A DNA stretch of 64,000 nucleotides from Pocillopora damicornis. Lineage: Eukaryota. Shown in pieces: positions 1 through 21,200 of the stretch (its first letter is position 1; the number at the start of each line of letters is the position of its first letter). The notes beneath the pieces were generated by a model, which worked only from the letters and a program-made list of their open reading frames with translations, made no database searches and was not told where the DNA came from. A program made the position numbers and the translations under genes. The stretch is from assembly GCF_003704095.1 (NCBI RefSeq), contig NW_020847248.1:124001-188000 (forward strand), in the 5' to 3' direction.

Positions 1-2806
1 TTCTTCAATTTTATGGAGAATAAATTGAACACAAAAATTACGCAAAAAAATATGGGGCACCGTGCTCGTTCAAGAGCGAAAGACGATTGAAACTCTCTAC
101 CTGATCCATGGATTCAAAAACAATACCGTGTTCTCGGAGTGCGCGCGCGACCTAGTTCCTCTGAGTAGGCGATTTTTATACGCAGTACAGGATGCACAAT
201 GCAAAACTGAGGAATCACCTGGATAATAACTATTTTCATGTTCGTGCAGTAATGTAAGCGCAATGTAATACTATTGATTAGCTGACTGAAAGATTGAGAG
301 AAATAATTGAACCAGCATTGCCGATCTTTCATACCACGGTATTTGTTTACTTTGGACCACTTTGGCGTAAGTTAAATTAGGATTTGCGTCCGCTCCGTAC
401 TCGGCTCTTCACTTGAAAAGTCGTGCACTTTAGAATTTATCGTAAAAAACGTCGCACTTAATCGACAAACAAACTACTGAAATTTTCATTAATCACTTAC
501 TGATATTTTTTCATTTGTTTTCCTCTCGAGTGGGCTTGCACGCGTCATTCACTTCTCTGAAGTTTCTGCAAGTACAAGACAAAACTATGACTTGGACTGG
601 CAATTTCAGTGAGCCAACATTTTCTTTGAAAACTAATTACCTTGCAAAACCGTTAGGCTGTCGAGATAAGAGCTCAGAGAGCGAACAAACGAAAAGTAGA
701 CTCGAGTCCTCTCTGCAGCTCACCGGCGAGGCATGAAGTACTATTAAACACGTTTACTACATTTTTCAGTGGTTACTAGGCGACAATTATGACGTCACTA
801 GAAAGAACCATCTATCCTAGAAATCTACTCAGAAGTAACCCAGGTGATCGCATAAAAACTTTGCAGTTTTAATCTTTTCTTATTATTTTTCTGTTTTTGG
901 CATCAACTGGTCCGTATCATGGTATCACGGCATCAACAATTTATCTGCGGCAGAAAATATCCGCATTGCAAACAAAAAACGCTCTATCGGTACAAAGAAA
1001 AACCCCCATTGCAGAAGTCACGCTTCACGCCAGAGTTGCCAGAAATTAATTTTTTCAGTGGTGAGGGGTTACTCAGCCATTGACATACGGTGCAATCTTA
1101 ATTCATAATATTCGATAGCCTTAGGGGTTATTTTGCGTGAGGCTTTCAGTGCAGAAATTATTATGCTCCTAATGAAAAACAACAACATTGACCTAGACCC
1201 AAACCAAAAGGATTAGGATTAAGTTATTGGTCAATACTAGGAAAAAATACATTCACTAAAAAAGAGGCTAGAGTCCAAACTCTGAAGAAAATATGTTTTA
1301 AACTTGTTTACTAAACCACAACATTTGGCTTGAATAAAAACTCCTTAATTTCTTTAAATTCCAAACAAAGGGGCAACAAATTAGCACAAACGATGCTAAA
1401 AGAAGCAAAACGCCGTGAAAACAAACAACAAAAGTAACTGAAATGATAAAGGGAACTATTAAAATGAGTTTGAAAAAAACACACAATGACCCAATTATAA
1501 GTGTTTTGTAGATTAATCCAGGAAATTTTTTAAGGAGAAGCAGTTTGCCCCTGGAGGAGTGGACCCCCCTTGGTCACATTTTACTGTAAGCTTAGTCACT
1601 AAGGACAAAATTACTAAATAAACACCTTCATCTATTGCCACATCAAATGACCACAACATAAAATCATACCTTGTTGTAGCTAGCACTAAATTCATAAATT
1701 ACAAGCACAATTTAAAGTTTCAAACTTTATTATTTGATAAATTCAAACAATAAAAACATGCATGTTACCATGACACTGACACCTAAAAGACTTGTTAAAA
1801 TGCACAACATGCTATTGGGAGCAAAATGGGAACCAAAAATCGACTGTGATGAAACTGACTCTATGATGCAAATTAATAAGATAACAATGAAAAAGTAAAA
1901 TATGCTATTTTTTCCTAAAACTATTGACCATCTGTTCAGAATATTTCATTTTTTCTGACAAAGATAGAATTAAAGTAATAAATTTCAACACTTCCTAAAC
2001 ATACCATGCAGTGCACCTTTAAAGTTAACCTGCATGAGAAACAATTAATACAAATTATTCCCAGGAGGAAAGGATAGAGAAAGAAGGCTTGATATCATTA
2101 ATTTGTTTTAAATGCATATTTGCAATATTATCACCAACTATAAGTCTCTTTAGCTTAATAAAAAAAAAAAGATTTTTCCTTCTTCATAGAATTGGCAAAA
2201 CCCCCTATCAACCCTTACAAGCTTAATTAAAGCAGTCTACATTAATGAGAACTTTGTCGTTCAGTTTAAGGGACTGACAGTTTCATGAGATGGGGTACTT
2301 AAAATTAGTAAAAACAAACAACATCAGCATAGGTAACAGTAATTCTCTTGACTCTGTTTTTAATGAAACAGAGGATACTACAATTCAAACTATTTCTTAA
2401 AGTAATTTAAACTGAAATCCCTTTTAAAACTATAACATATTCCCATACAACATTAATTAAAAAACATCTAAATCATCCTGTAGCTGTAAAAGTGTCTGCC
2501 CTGACTAAGTAAAATCTGTTAAAGTACCATTGTTAAAGTACCTGTTAAAGCACTGATTAAAAGCACTATTGTTAAAGTACCTGAGCTTATGCGATTTGCC
2601 CTGCTTATGTTAAGTAATGGCCACAGACTGAAAAAAAAACCTCCTTCTTGGAAACTTATGACCATGGAAACTACACAAAGATCCAACATCTCAAGTTACC
2701 ATCAGCTAATTCTTATCATTACCAGGAATAAAAGAGCAATTTTTGGCCCAATAATAGCCGGCAAACTCTGTTAGTTTGCTGTGACTTTCATACTTGTCAT
2801 CTTACA

Positions 2807-4950
2807 TTATTCATATTTGTAAAGAAGAAAGTCCTTCATTATAATTGAGACTGGTAGCTTAGATATATCTTGAAGTCGTTTGGCACCAAGTGCTTCCCGA
2901 ATGACAAAACGGCAGGAATCTTGTAGACTCCTTGGATTTTCTGAAAATAATAATAACAAATTTCCTTTTTATTTTTACTTAACAGGTAATGCACCTATAG
3001 TTCATAATTTCAGGATTAATCAACAAATAATCAATTTTGTTCAGTTTTGTCTTTTGCAAGTTGGAAACTTCAAGCTAACAAGAAACATTCCAGTAGGGTA
3101 GAATAAGCTCCTACAAACTATCCATGCCACAAAATTGACAGGAATTGAGTTCAATAAGTCACTTAAACTTATTGAATATGACAGATGGTAAAGTTTGAGC
3201 TTAGTAGCAGAATGGAGAAAGATTTTAATTGACTTATCTGAGTGAAGGACAAAATATAACTACACCAATTCACATCCCTTGGGATGAGCTGATTTTATGT
3301 TCTCTCTGTAACCATTTGGTTACTTTACAAATGTTTGACCTTAATCCTGTATAGCATATGCAGAAATGCAGTACTACACACAACAAAGGTCTTTATTGTA
3401 CATTCATGTACACTTCTTGTAATATTTTGGTGAGTGTAATCAGGAAACAGAAATAGCCTTGCACATTCTGAATTATGAAAACAAGTACAAATAATAATAT
3501 ACACAACTAAGCATAGTAAAATACATAAAATGAATCACTGAAAAGGGTGAAGATCATGGAAAGAGGAAAGTGTGACATGTCCTCTTTTCTTGGAAGACAT
3601 ACATCAGTACCACTCATTTGCATTGCCCCTTTTTCATGACCATTTTCTTTTCAAGGCCATTAATGACAATGCCTCCCCCTTACCAAAAAAAATATTTAAA
3701 CATTTAAAAATGTTTACATATTTTTTTAAAAGTACTAAATTTCTTGTAGTTGACAATATTCTTCACTAATTTGCATTGTTCTTAATGCCATGTTCCACTT
3801 CTTCCAGCAAGCATTCTCTTTGTAAAAGTAATTGACAGCCCCACACCAACTGAAATTTAGTCTTGTCACATAAATATTTATGATCAAGGAGTACGATTTA
3901 CTTTTCCTAAAATCAATTTTCTCTCCTAAGTCTAATCAAATTACATTTCTCAAGGTAACTATGGATGGGAAATTTACCTGCGTAAAATAAATGTAAAAAG
4001 AAGAGTGGATTATTCTTAGTGTGCAAGAATGAGAGATACATTTCAAAGTGGAAGTTTGCCTTTTTCCCAAAATAGGTTTTTGCAAACGTCGATTATTTAC
4101 ATGTACACTTACTTGACACGCTGCTGAGAAAATCCAAACAGTCTCTATCGATTGAGTTTAGGTTGTACATCATCCTTGATATCGATAGAGGTGTAAGTCC
4201 TTCATCGTTGTAAACATTTATATCTGCTCCAAACTTATAGAGCAAGCGTGCCAAAGGTTCACTGTTCCTTAATGCGGCTAAATGGAGAGGAGTTTGGCCA
4301 TCCTCAGGCCTTTTGATACTTGTGAGAGCGCCGTGTTCAACCAACATTCGTACACAATTAACGTTACCTTTAATAACAGCATAACGAAGGGGGAATCCAA
4401 ATTGAACATCAATGTTAGCTCCCCAGTTTAACAAGACACGAATTGAACTCGTCCTTTCACGAATAATGGCTAGTTGAAGAGCTGTCGTGCCTTTGTCGCT
4501 TAACGCGTCTACAAAACCTTTTGATTCTAAAAGAAGCTCAACAAACGAGTCTCTACCGTAGTGTGCAGCCACATGTAACGGCGTCCAACCATCCTCACTT
4601 CTTGCATCGACGAGCTTTTCTTTGTCTAATCCTTTGAAATCTAACAACAGTTTTGCGATTCTTGTCCGTCCGTGCATGGCGGCGTAATGAAGAGCGGTGA
4701 AACCTCCGACGAAATCTCGCGCAAATGCATCGCCTCCTTTCTCGAGGAGCACTCTTAGAGCGCGTTCTTTCCCTCTGCTAGCAGCTAAATGAAGAAGCGT
4801 CCAGCCATTGCCATCCATCTGGTTGGCAGAGCAACCATCTTTGATGAGATCCCGCACGAGTTTTACATTCCCACTAGCAACAGCCTTTCTGAGTCGCTCT
4901 GCAGGACTATCAATCGATCCTTCCCTTCTTCTCGGTCGTTTTCTTGACAT
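2807..4950 (-). CDS. ASB7: Ankyrin repeat and SOCS box protein (ASB7-like), 2 exons: 4950-4113 and 2940-2807, 323 aa
   Basis: ORF 4093..4950 encodes about 7 ankyrin repeats (GWTLLHLAA, GFTALHYAA, GWTPLHVAA, GTTALQLA, GQTPLHLAA). A GTAAGT donor after 4113 splices in frame (phase 1) to a TTTTCAG acceptor at 2940. This adds KNPRSLQDSCRFVIREALGAKRLQDISKLPVSIIMKDFLLYKYE*, a typical SOCS box. Confidence 0.88.
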
Positions 4951-5228
4951 TATGGATACCTAAGAACACCGCAACGTATCGATCATGGTCTTATTTTACC
5001 TTCTGATGAACAATATTCTCACTGTTTTTTTAAACTGATTAGTCAACACTTTCGAATGACTCTTCGAACGCCATTCTTCCTTCCCAGCATACAACGCGGG
5101 TATACCCAATCGAAACCCGCAGTACGAAAACACAGTGGGCTCTAAATCACTAAGTGAAAAAACAAAATGGCGTCCCTTGCGACCTGGAAAAACTGAAAGT
5201 TCGAAAAATTATTTCCTGTAGCAGATAG
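4951..5228. promoter_or_regulatory. Bidirectional promoter shared by ASB7 and KATNAL2
   Basis: The start codons are divergent and only 278 bp apart. The interval retains CpGs and has a YY1-like CAAAATGGCG at 5163-5172. Confidence 0.65.
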
Positions 5229-12515
<7,287 letters not shown>

Positions 12516-15064
12516 TGAAGTAGAGAGACAACGTAAGCGTCATCCACCATATGGTCCACTAATGTGACTTTTCATCATCGCCATGGTAACACAAAGATGA
12601 TCATCTGAAATGTTTGCCAGTGATTGTCACTGCTCAGCGGTATCCAACCAACGTGTCTTCAGAGTCGTTCACAATTAGTCACCAGTGTTATTTATAGAAT
12701 GAACCTGAATGTATATACAGCTCTCGATAGATATGTGTGCATATGGACTGGATCGCGGGAAACGTGTGCTATTTGTTGACAGTCTCAACATGAGGTCCAG
12801 CTAGATTACATGATGATCGCACCCGCGCAATGTTTATGAAATTTCTACTGAATGCATATTTATTTTTCGTCTATTCTGCCTCAGTGACATCAACAAAATT
12901 ATCATTATAAAATTCCCTTTCAATGAAATGATACATTGTGGAGAGTTATTTTGGAAGAGTAAAGTATCTATTAACCAAAACTAAATCAATCTTGCAGCCA
13001 GTTAGAAAAGTAGTGAATATTAGAGTTAGCTCGCGAGAGGTGAAAGCTAATGAACGTATCCGACCGCGATTTGTTTAGAGAGAGATAAAAATTTCGTTGC
13101 AGGCAACCCCAAGGTGCAGTAATCCTCGACAGTTTTTCTCTCATAGTACGCCGTAATCACCTGAGAAATTTTATTAACAAGAAATAGTGGATGGGAAATA
13201 CAGTCAGATTGTGAGATTATTTTTCCAAACGTTTGTGTAAGGAACTTCAGATAAAGCAGCACACAAGGGATACAATGTTTATATGGAGTAAAAGCTTCCG
13301 CTCCAGGATTTCCTAAACATGAAGATAGACTGATGCTGTTTCTGAGTTTTTTATTTTGTAAATAAACAGATTCGTTTGAGATTCTTCAAGATTTGAGCTG
13401 AGATTACCAAGTATCGGACGAATGCAGCGACGTCTGTATTTTATGGCCGAGGGTGAAATATTTTCCGTCCGGCCTGACCGCCTAGTCAATAAGCAGTTTA
13501 TATACCCCCTCTCTTTATTCTTCCTCTCCTCTTCTGGCCTCAGTATCTTGCGAGGCTGTACGTTGCGCCGTGCGAGTATTTACGACCCTGCTCTCGCCAT
13601 CACGTGTGGCCCAAATACAGTGATGTTTTTAATGTTTTTGTTTCTGCTTTTTTTTTTTTTTTTTTTCGCTTTTTTGTTTTTTTTGTTTTTTTTGTTTTTT
13701 TTTTTTCAGTGAAGATGCCCATGGTGTCTTATGGGTCTTATGGTAATAAACTTAGACTTAGCCCATTGAAAAATCGTTTCTAGCCAGGTCATGTCCTCCA
13801 ATGCGCATTGATGAGATGATGGCGAAGAAGAGAACTGTGCCAAAATTAGATATAGATATTGTGATCATGGCGAGTCAACTGATTTTCCGCCACAGGTGAT
13901 TACGGGGTTTCAAATGTTTTACGTCCATCTTGGTGAATACACTACATGCCGACCACCTAATAAAATTATAGACATGTTTACGAAAATATGGTGATTTGCA
14001 TTGAGGTTACATAGTCGAACGTAAGTCCTCTCGACGGATAAAACTGTTTTATGTCAATTCTTTTTTAAGTTCAAAAATTTGAATGAGGCTGGACAGTTAG
14101 CACTTTTTTGATGGCCATTAAATAAGCGTGCCAAAAATATTGATTTAAAAGGACCACGTGTTGAGATATAAATAATTTAATTGCGCAAAACGAGAAAAAC
14201 TCGCAATTTTTTCCTTTAAAGCTTAAAATTAGGAGTTTCCTCTCAGGTCACACTTGAAAATACTAAAGGCCTAACCTTGGAAAGTTCGAAAGAAGAAATT
14301 GTCTCTCTTTTGTGGTCGTATCAGTGAACTTTTTTGTATATCAAATGTAAGTACCACTCTATTTAATTTATTTCTTCCAATATATATAATTTTGGATATC
14401 AGATAGAAGATTCTCTGTAGCTGCTGACTGACACATCCCTCCACTTAGATGTAAAAACAAATATTTACAAAGCGGAAATACATTCAGGACTGACCAGATC
14501 CCGGACGTTGATTTAAACGGAGCGTCACTTAATTCTCCCTTCATCCATTGCAATCCGCTAAGTAGCATTGGGATTATAATGTGCTTCACTTACTGCCAAA
14601 GGGTGTTAACTGCTTGCAAAAAATACCATATTGAGATCACCGATTAAGATACGTCCTGTTTATGGGGTTTAACGGGCTCGACTGAGAAGAGCAAACTCAT
14701 TTCAAGGTTGGACTGTTTCCTCAGTCAAATGTTTTCGTATGGGTTGCTATTTCTCAAGTTAGCTTTTTCAGTCGACTAGTTTCCTAAGAAGTATTATGTT
14801 ATTCTATTAAAACATTTTTTTTCTGTAGACGAGGAAGGGAATACATTTTCGAATGCCACTCTTATTCAAGCCTCCAGCTCGAGAATTTATATTTTCATAG
14901 GCTTTATCACTGGAAATTCGCCTATGTTCTTTGTGTCAACCAAATCTGAACCGATGACAACGAGCACCTACATTAACATCAGACAACTGCTGACCTTTAA
15001 GTGAACATTATTTCTTATCATTCCGTTGCGTAGTTTTAAACTTTTTTTCCTCTTAAATTTTCAG

Positions 15065-17489
15065 ATGCTGACCAAATTTTTTCTTCATCTGATTGTCATC
15101 TTGTCGCTGTTAGTTATCGCAAGTCACGCAGGTGGGTGCGAACACCTGTTTTTGTAGGAAACGTGATCTGGACTTGGCTATTTTTTAAGATAATGATGTG
15201 ACCCGAGGAAAAGAAACGAGGTTGTATGATGTTATACCGCAAATTCGCCATCTAAAATAGAGGTTTCCTTGAAATTTAAACCTGAGATTTATTCATTCAC
15301 CGGTTTTTAAGGGCTATACAGAACATTTCACTATGGTGGATTGACACACAAGGTGATTCATGGCACCTATCACAGCTATCGTCGTAAATAGCCTACCGTA
15401 GCCTGCTACACGCCGATGGCAAATTTCGTTATTTACTGCGATCGGGTGTACAAATAGTAAACTACCTATATCTAGAAATCAGTAATTCACCTTCGCTCTT
15501 TCTTGCGAATCACCAATACGGTCAATTAATCAAGATTGGCGACTAGATCTCGTGACTAAGAACAAAGAAGATGAACTTAGAGGTCGCAATATGCAATATG
15601 CAATATGCAATAGCTTGTAAAATCACTTGCATTGTATGTATTCAGCTTGACTGTCAAACCTTTATGCTAGGAAATGAAGTATAATTGACAATTATTCAAC
15701 GAGCGCGCGTTGGATATGAGATGATAGACACTCAAAGAGGCCCGTGGAGCCGAGTTTGCCATAATCATCTTATCAATATCCAGCAAGCGCAAGTGGAATG
15801 TGTTATTTAAAAAGCCCCAAATTATGGATAAATATTCCCAACTTTATTTTGTAAACTTTATATTTTGACATGTACACTCACTATATTTGTTGAGCATGCA
15901 TGGTGTAATGGCTAATGGCCAATGAAAACTCATGAATTGCGTTATCCAATTTTCGGCAATATATCATCTGTTTCTAATAATGAAGTATAATCTATCACTG
16001 CTACATAAACTGCTTTTATATGACTCGTAAAAATCATTTACTGAAAATAAAGGAAATTTGCAATACACCTATTTTATATGATTTTCGGCCTGAAAAACTG
16101 GTGCTTTTGACAGCTTTACTTTCCATGACAAGAAAGTCATCGAATGGCTTCCATTGGGGTCGAGCCATTTTAAGAATTTAGACAGTTTATAAACCTAGTT
16201 GTCTCTTACAGGTAGTATCGCAAAGGTTGTTGACCACAGTAAAGGAGTGTATATGCACGATCATCCTGATTTCCCATCGGTCATGGGAGGTAAGCATGTC
16301 GAACTCTGGATGAAATATTGAAACAATTACATTAAATTAAACTCAGCAACTCTTCCACACTGTAGTTTACCTATACAAGTCAACTCATTATAATGTTAAC
16401 AGATTTGTGAAATCGAAATGGTTTAAATGTCTTCTAAATTTCTCTATAACGGTCAAGAGTGGATGAACTCATAATCTCGCGACAATATCTTTATCCATAT
16501 ACAGTAGAGTTTGTTTGCTGATACTGTTGTTAACCAATGAATTTGTATGAGTAGAATGGCCAGAACTGACCAGTGTAGACACTTCCGACTTATTGAGGCT
16601 ACCCCTCGATCCAGGTTGTGCTAGATCAAAGACGCGTTTAGAATGATATTAACAAAATGAGATCGAGGATCAAGTTTGTATAATATGTTAAATTCGCATA
16701 GGTGGGAGCTTATTATTGATCATTGTTATTATCTGTTATCATCATGGCCGTGATGACGCCATTTTAGCTTTGCTACTCCTTGCTAGACCTAAGGCTGCTT
16801 TCCAGCTTTTTGCGGGTGTCCTGGGCTGAGTGAGGCATGTTGAGATTAAGGCGACTTTCCCAGGGAACACAACACAATGAAACGGCCTGGGCTCGAACCA
16901 AGATGCGCAGTAGACCAACGCATCAAACATGAGCCTTCCATACTGATCTCAAATGGCTTCTCTTGAAAATTTCGGCAATATATCATCTGGCAAACAGGTG
17001 ATGAGGATAGACAGACTCGCCCACTTGACACAATTATCTTGATGTAACAGAAAATTTTCCCAACAAACTTACGAGAAAATTCAGAGAGGCTAGCAGCAAG
17101 AATTACTAATCAGATCATTACCTTATAACCAGGGCCCGGCGGTCCATACCGCACTCACTACCTTCATTCTCGGTTTGGAATTGGTCACAGACGGAGGCGC
17201 GCAATAACGAATCTTCAGGTATTTTTGACAGTTTTTAACCTTTCAAAAACAACTGACAGAAATCCTCATAAAATTGAGTAGAAAAAATAAACAAACACAC
17301 GCAAACCGAAAAACACTAAAAAGAACAACAAGAAGACAGACAAACAAAAATAAAAAAGAATATAGAATAAGATAAAAATCACTTACTTTAAATTAAAATT
17401 CCTTGTTATAGAATTTAACTTCATTTGAATTATCAAAAATATTAATTTTTGCTTTCTTCATTAATCAGGTCCAAAATGAGGCAAGATAG
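15065..17489 (+). CDS. Small secreted peptide precursor, 83 aa; coding exons 15065-15131, 16212-16289, 17133-17218, 17469-17489
   Basis: All junctions are GT-AG with consistent phases (1,1,0), and a TACTAAT branch point lies before the 17133 acceptor. Protein: MLTKFFLHLIVILSLLVIASHA-GSIAKVVDHSKGVYMHDHPDFPSVMGGPGGPYRTHYLHSRFGIGH-RRRR-AITNLQVQNEAR*. AATAAA occurs downstream near 17823. Confidence 0.7.
16795..16925 (-). mobile_element. tRNA-derived SINE fragment
   Basis: The minus strand has a Pol III B-box-like GGTTCGAGCCC followed by CATTGTGTTGTGTTCCCTGGG..CTCACTCAGCCCAGG, the usual layout of a SINE head and core. Confidence 0.55.
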
Positions 17490-18274
17490 ATTCTGATTTG
17501 TACAAGAAATTCTCTGCTGAATCTCATTCATGGCATGAAAGAAGAGACATATTAAATGAAACTGAGCTCACAGAATTGTGGTGTAATGACTACGCAATTA
17601 TGAGAGTTCCAAGAATTTTTTACGACTAGATATATTAAATATATCTTCATTAACGTCTCTGATTCAAGACACTAATTTCTTCCCAGATCTGTTATCATTT
17701 GATTGTTAACATGCATGCAAAGCAATTTTGTAGTCAGTGTTAAACAGTTTTAACAGGTTTTGCTTCACCTCGTATTGCGATTGGTCTAACACTTTACGCG
17801 ATCCTTTGACCAATCAAATGTAAATAAAATTAATAGTGAAATAAAAACGGTTATATGAAAAATTTAGGCTAATGAAGATAAAAAAGGGACTATTCACTTC
17901 ACCTCTGAAATTTCTCAACAAATTTTCTTTATTTCCTTCTCAGCCTTGCGCATCATGATAAAAAATATAGTGCATTCAAAATGGTCTTTTTAAAACAATT
18001 ATTTCAACATCTTCAGTGTATAAACAAGGTTTCAAAAATTACATCATTTAAATAATGGAACGCTGTACATATCTTCAACAGGCGGGTTACAAAAAGATGC
18101 AAACGTGTAAAAGCGTAATTCAAATCCTTAAACGGATTACAACTAACAACTCTAGCCACAAAATATTGATGCTTATCAGTGGGAGAATATTTACACTTCT
18201 CGAAGCGAACTTATGGTTTTAAGTTACACTGCCAACATATTATCTCATTACACATATGTTCAGTGAGTGGGTTG

Positions 18275-21200
18275 TCACGTGTCATCGTCGGATGACTGCT
18301 CTAAAGCATTTTTGGGAAACCCGGATGTAGCATGATCCGGCTGCGTCTAAGATAAAGATATAAATGCAAATTGACTTAAGAAGAAAGAAATCTGTAACCC
18401 AAGTGCTTTCCATTTTAGATTTTTTAAACCAAACAGGACACTCCATTTCGTTCTGTTATAATCAAACGAATTCTCGGGGCAAATTTCAACATTGCTGAGG
18501 GAGGCAAATATCAATTACCCAATAATAACCAAAATAATAAAGAGGATCGAAGGAAGGTTGATTCGGGTCGACAAACAGGAGAGGTTTGGGTCGGGTTGAC
18601 AAACAGGAGAGGTTTGGGTCGGGNNNNNNNNNNNNNNNNNNNNNTTGACAAACAGGAGAGGTTTGGGTCGGGTTGACAAACAGGAGAGGTTTGGGTCGAG
18701 TTGACAAACAGGAGAGGTTTGGGTCGGGTTGACAAACAGAAGAGGTTTGGGTCGGGTTGACAAACAAAAGAGGTTTGGGTCGGGTTGACAAACAGAAGAG
18801 GTTTAGGTCGGGTTGACAAACAGGAGAGGTTTGGGTCGGGTTGACAAAAAGGGGACGTTTGGGTCGGATCGACCAAAAGGGGAGGTTTGGGTCGGGTCGA
18901 CAAAAAGGTGAGGTTTGGCTCAGGTCGCGTGACGAGCTGAATATTCTAGATCCCTCTCTCTAGACTCCTTTTGTAGAAATTTAGAATAGCTATGATATTC
19001 AGATCTAAACGTAGTTGAGAACATTTGAGCAACTCTTCTATCGCGACTTTCTGATACGGAGACACTGGGTGTTAAAAAAACTAATTTACTTACCATCAAG
19101 TCGAGAAGTCGATCGCTGATCATTTTAATGTCTTGGTTTTTCAAAACAAGATCATTTTTTAAGCTGATGAAAACAAAGAACAACGGTGATCAGTGATATC
19201 ACTACAGAACCTTGCCTCTAACTATTTAATACGTGAATAAAAACGCAAAATTTAAAAATAAATAAATGACCGAACGAAACGCCCAGAAAGAATTACGAGC
19301 ACTCAAGACTAGAATCGGTGTATTTTATAGGGCCAAAACACGAAATACCACTTGACTTACACACTATCTCATTCTGAAAAAGTTTGTGCCAACATCCTAA
19401 AGGTGTCATTGCAGAAAGAATATTCTGAAAGTTGACAATTCCATTTAAAAGGCAAGCAAGGCAAAGAAAAAGTCCTCACTCCAGCCTATTGGCCCGCTCA
19501 GCCTGAGCTCATACAGGTTTCCTTAGCATGAAGCGATTAGGAGTATCACTACTCCCTCCTGGTTGGGATGCCAGTCCATCGCAAGGTTACCCCCCGCATG
19601 TTATTAATAAGGAACCAATTGCCAATTTACTCACCGTTCAAGCTTGGCCAGCGCAGCTCGCTTCTGTTTCTGGATTTTCAAGCTCTCTTGCTCAGATGTT
19701 TCAAGGACTCTAAAAAAAATGTCAATTAAATACAATTGCCAGATGCCTTGACCACCGGTTATTCAAGTTAAAAAGAACACTAGTTATGAAGATCATACGA
19801 CATATTTGTACTGCAGGGTAAACAGATAAATATAAGACTTATCATCGCAGTTAAATTCACAACTAATGTTATTCAAAGGTTAAAGTATGGCCTTGAAAAA
19901 GAAATAAACGAGTAAACAAATAAATAACTGACATACAGATGGTATATAAATAAAGTAAAAACAAAATAAGTAAATAAATAAGGTAAAAACAAATCAAAAG
20001 AAAACCAATTATTCTCAAAGAAGGAGACTACTTGAATAATACTAGTGTTAAACGGTTAAAATAGAAATATATCTAATCTAAAATCATTGTAAGGATTTCT
20101 TATATTGGTGTTGGGAAATGAATGGAAATAATATATGACCATAAGCCATTCAGTAAACATTGTAGCAAGCCAGTTGATCATTTCTTATTCCTTTTGGCAG
20201 TCTTATCTTACAGGTAGAATTTCAATCGTAAATTTGACATGGAGACAGATGTTTTTGCGTAAACCGCGGTTTGCGGCTAAATATCGTTATATTTCCATTA
20301 TGTTGCTAAAAGATGTTTAATTACTAAGAAAATGACTTTACCTTATAAAAATTAATCCTGTACAGGAATTTCCTGTAAATAACCCTCCTTATACTTTTAC
20401 CTCTTTGATATTCTCGTTTTTAGGCTAAATCCATGTCGAATTCCCGACCACGCAAATAGTTCTTAAATTTTAATTTAGCACGTTCGACACCTCTTTTTCT
20501 TAGGTGTCTTTAGGTGTAAATATGTAGTACTTTTCATCTTCTACAATGAATTTATAATAAGGTAGCTTATACGAATAGCACGTAGCTCTTTTAGGGGCGG
20601 TACCTTGGGTACGACCTTTCTTCTCCGAATTTTCTGTTTATTCTGCTGTTATGTAACAGTCTTCGAGGACTATTTTCTCTTAAGATATCTTTTCAAGCAG
20701 GATTTTAATTCTGTTAATAAGTTCGTTATAATTTGTATATTACCAATATTGTTTTTGTTTTGTTCGACCTGGACCGTAAGACTAAGAAATTTTAAGTAGA
20801 AAGTCATTTTGTAAAGCGTAAACATCTCGAAGGTACCTAATTAGTATGCGAACTCCGCTCTTCATAGCTTAACGTGATTCGCTAGTTAAGTGTGAAAGGA
20901 TGACGAAGGTTAGAGATTGACAGCTACGTAAGTGTCACCTCTATAAGCGGTGACCCACACTTTCCTTGAGAGATCTGAGCTAGTACCCGTTATAGTAACT
21001 TGTGTAGAAAAGAAGAGAATAAAGAAATAATGAACAGATCGAGTTTTAGAGTTATACATCGAACACTGTTGTGCCTCACCTTTGATAATGATTATTTAAC
21101 GTTTTTGTTGTCTTTTTACAATCTCGTATAACTTGTTTGTAACTTGGCGCCGGAGCTCTAGGGACGAGTTAAGGATGTAATTAGTCAAAAAAAAAAAGTT

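Noticed and set aside
100-800. Possible 5' end of a minus-strand gene (donor near 640, CRE palindrome TGACGTCA at 790-797)
   Set aside because: Candidate exons could not be joined in a consistent frame, and there is no recognisable product.
16998-17132. Alternative larger exon 3 for the secreted peptide (pseudogene reading with RARR site)
   Set aside because: It needs a frameshift and a stop read-through. The 17133 acceptor has a branch point and gives an intact ORF.
18486-18903. Three overlapping repetitive ORFs / CRISPR-like periodicity
   Set aside because: These are translations of a 28-bp tandem repeat with no unique spacers, in a eukaryotic intron.
19950-21000. TpA-rich intronic tract, possible LINE relic or RIP-like mutation
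   Set aside because: The dinucleotide skew is only moderate by eye and no RT or endonuclease motif could be read confidently.
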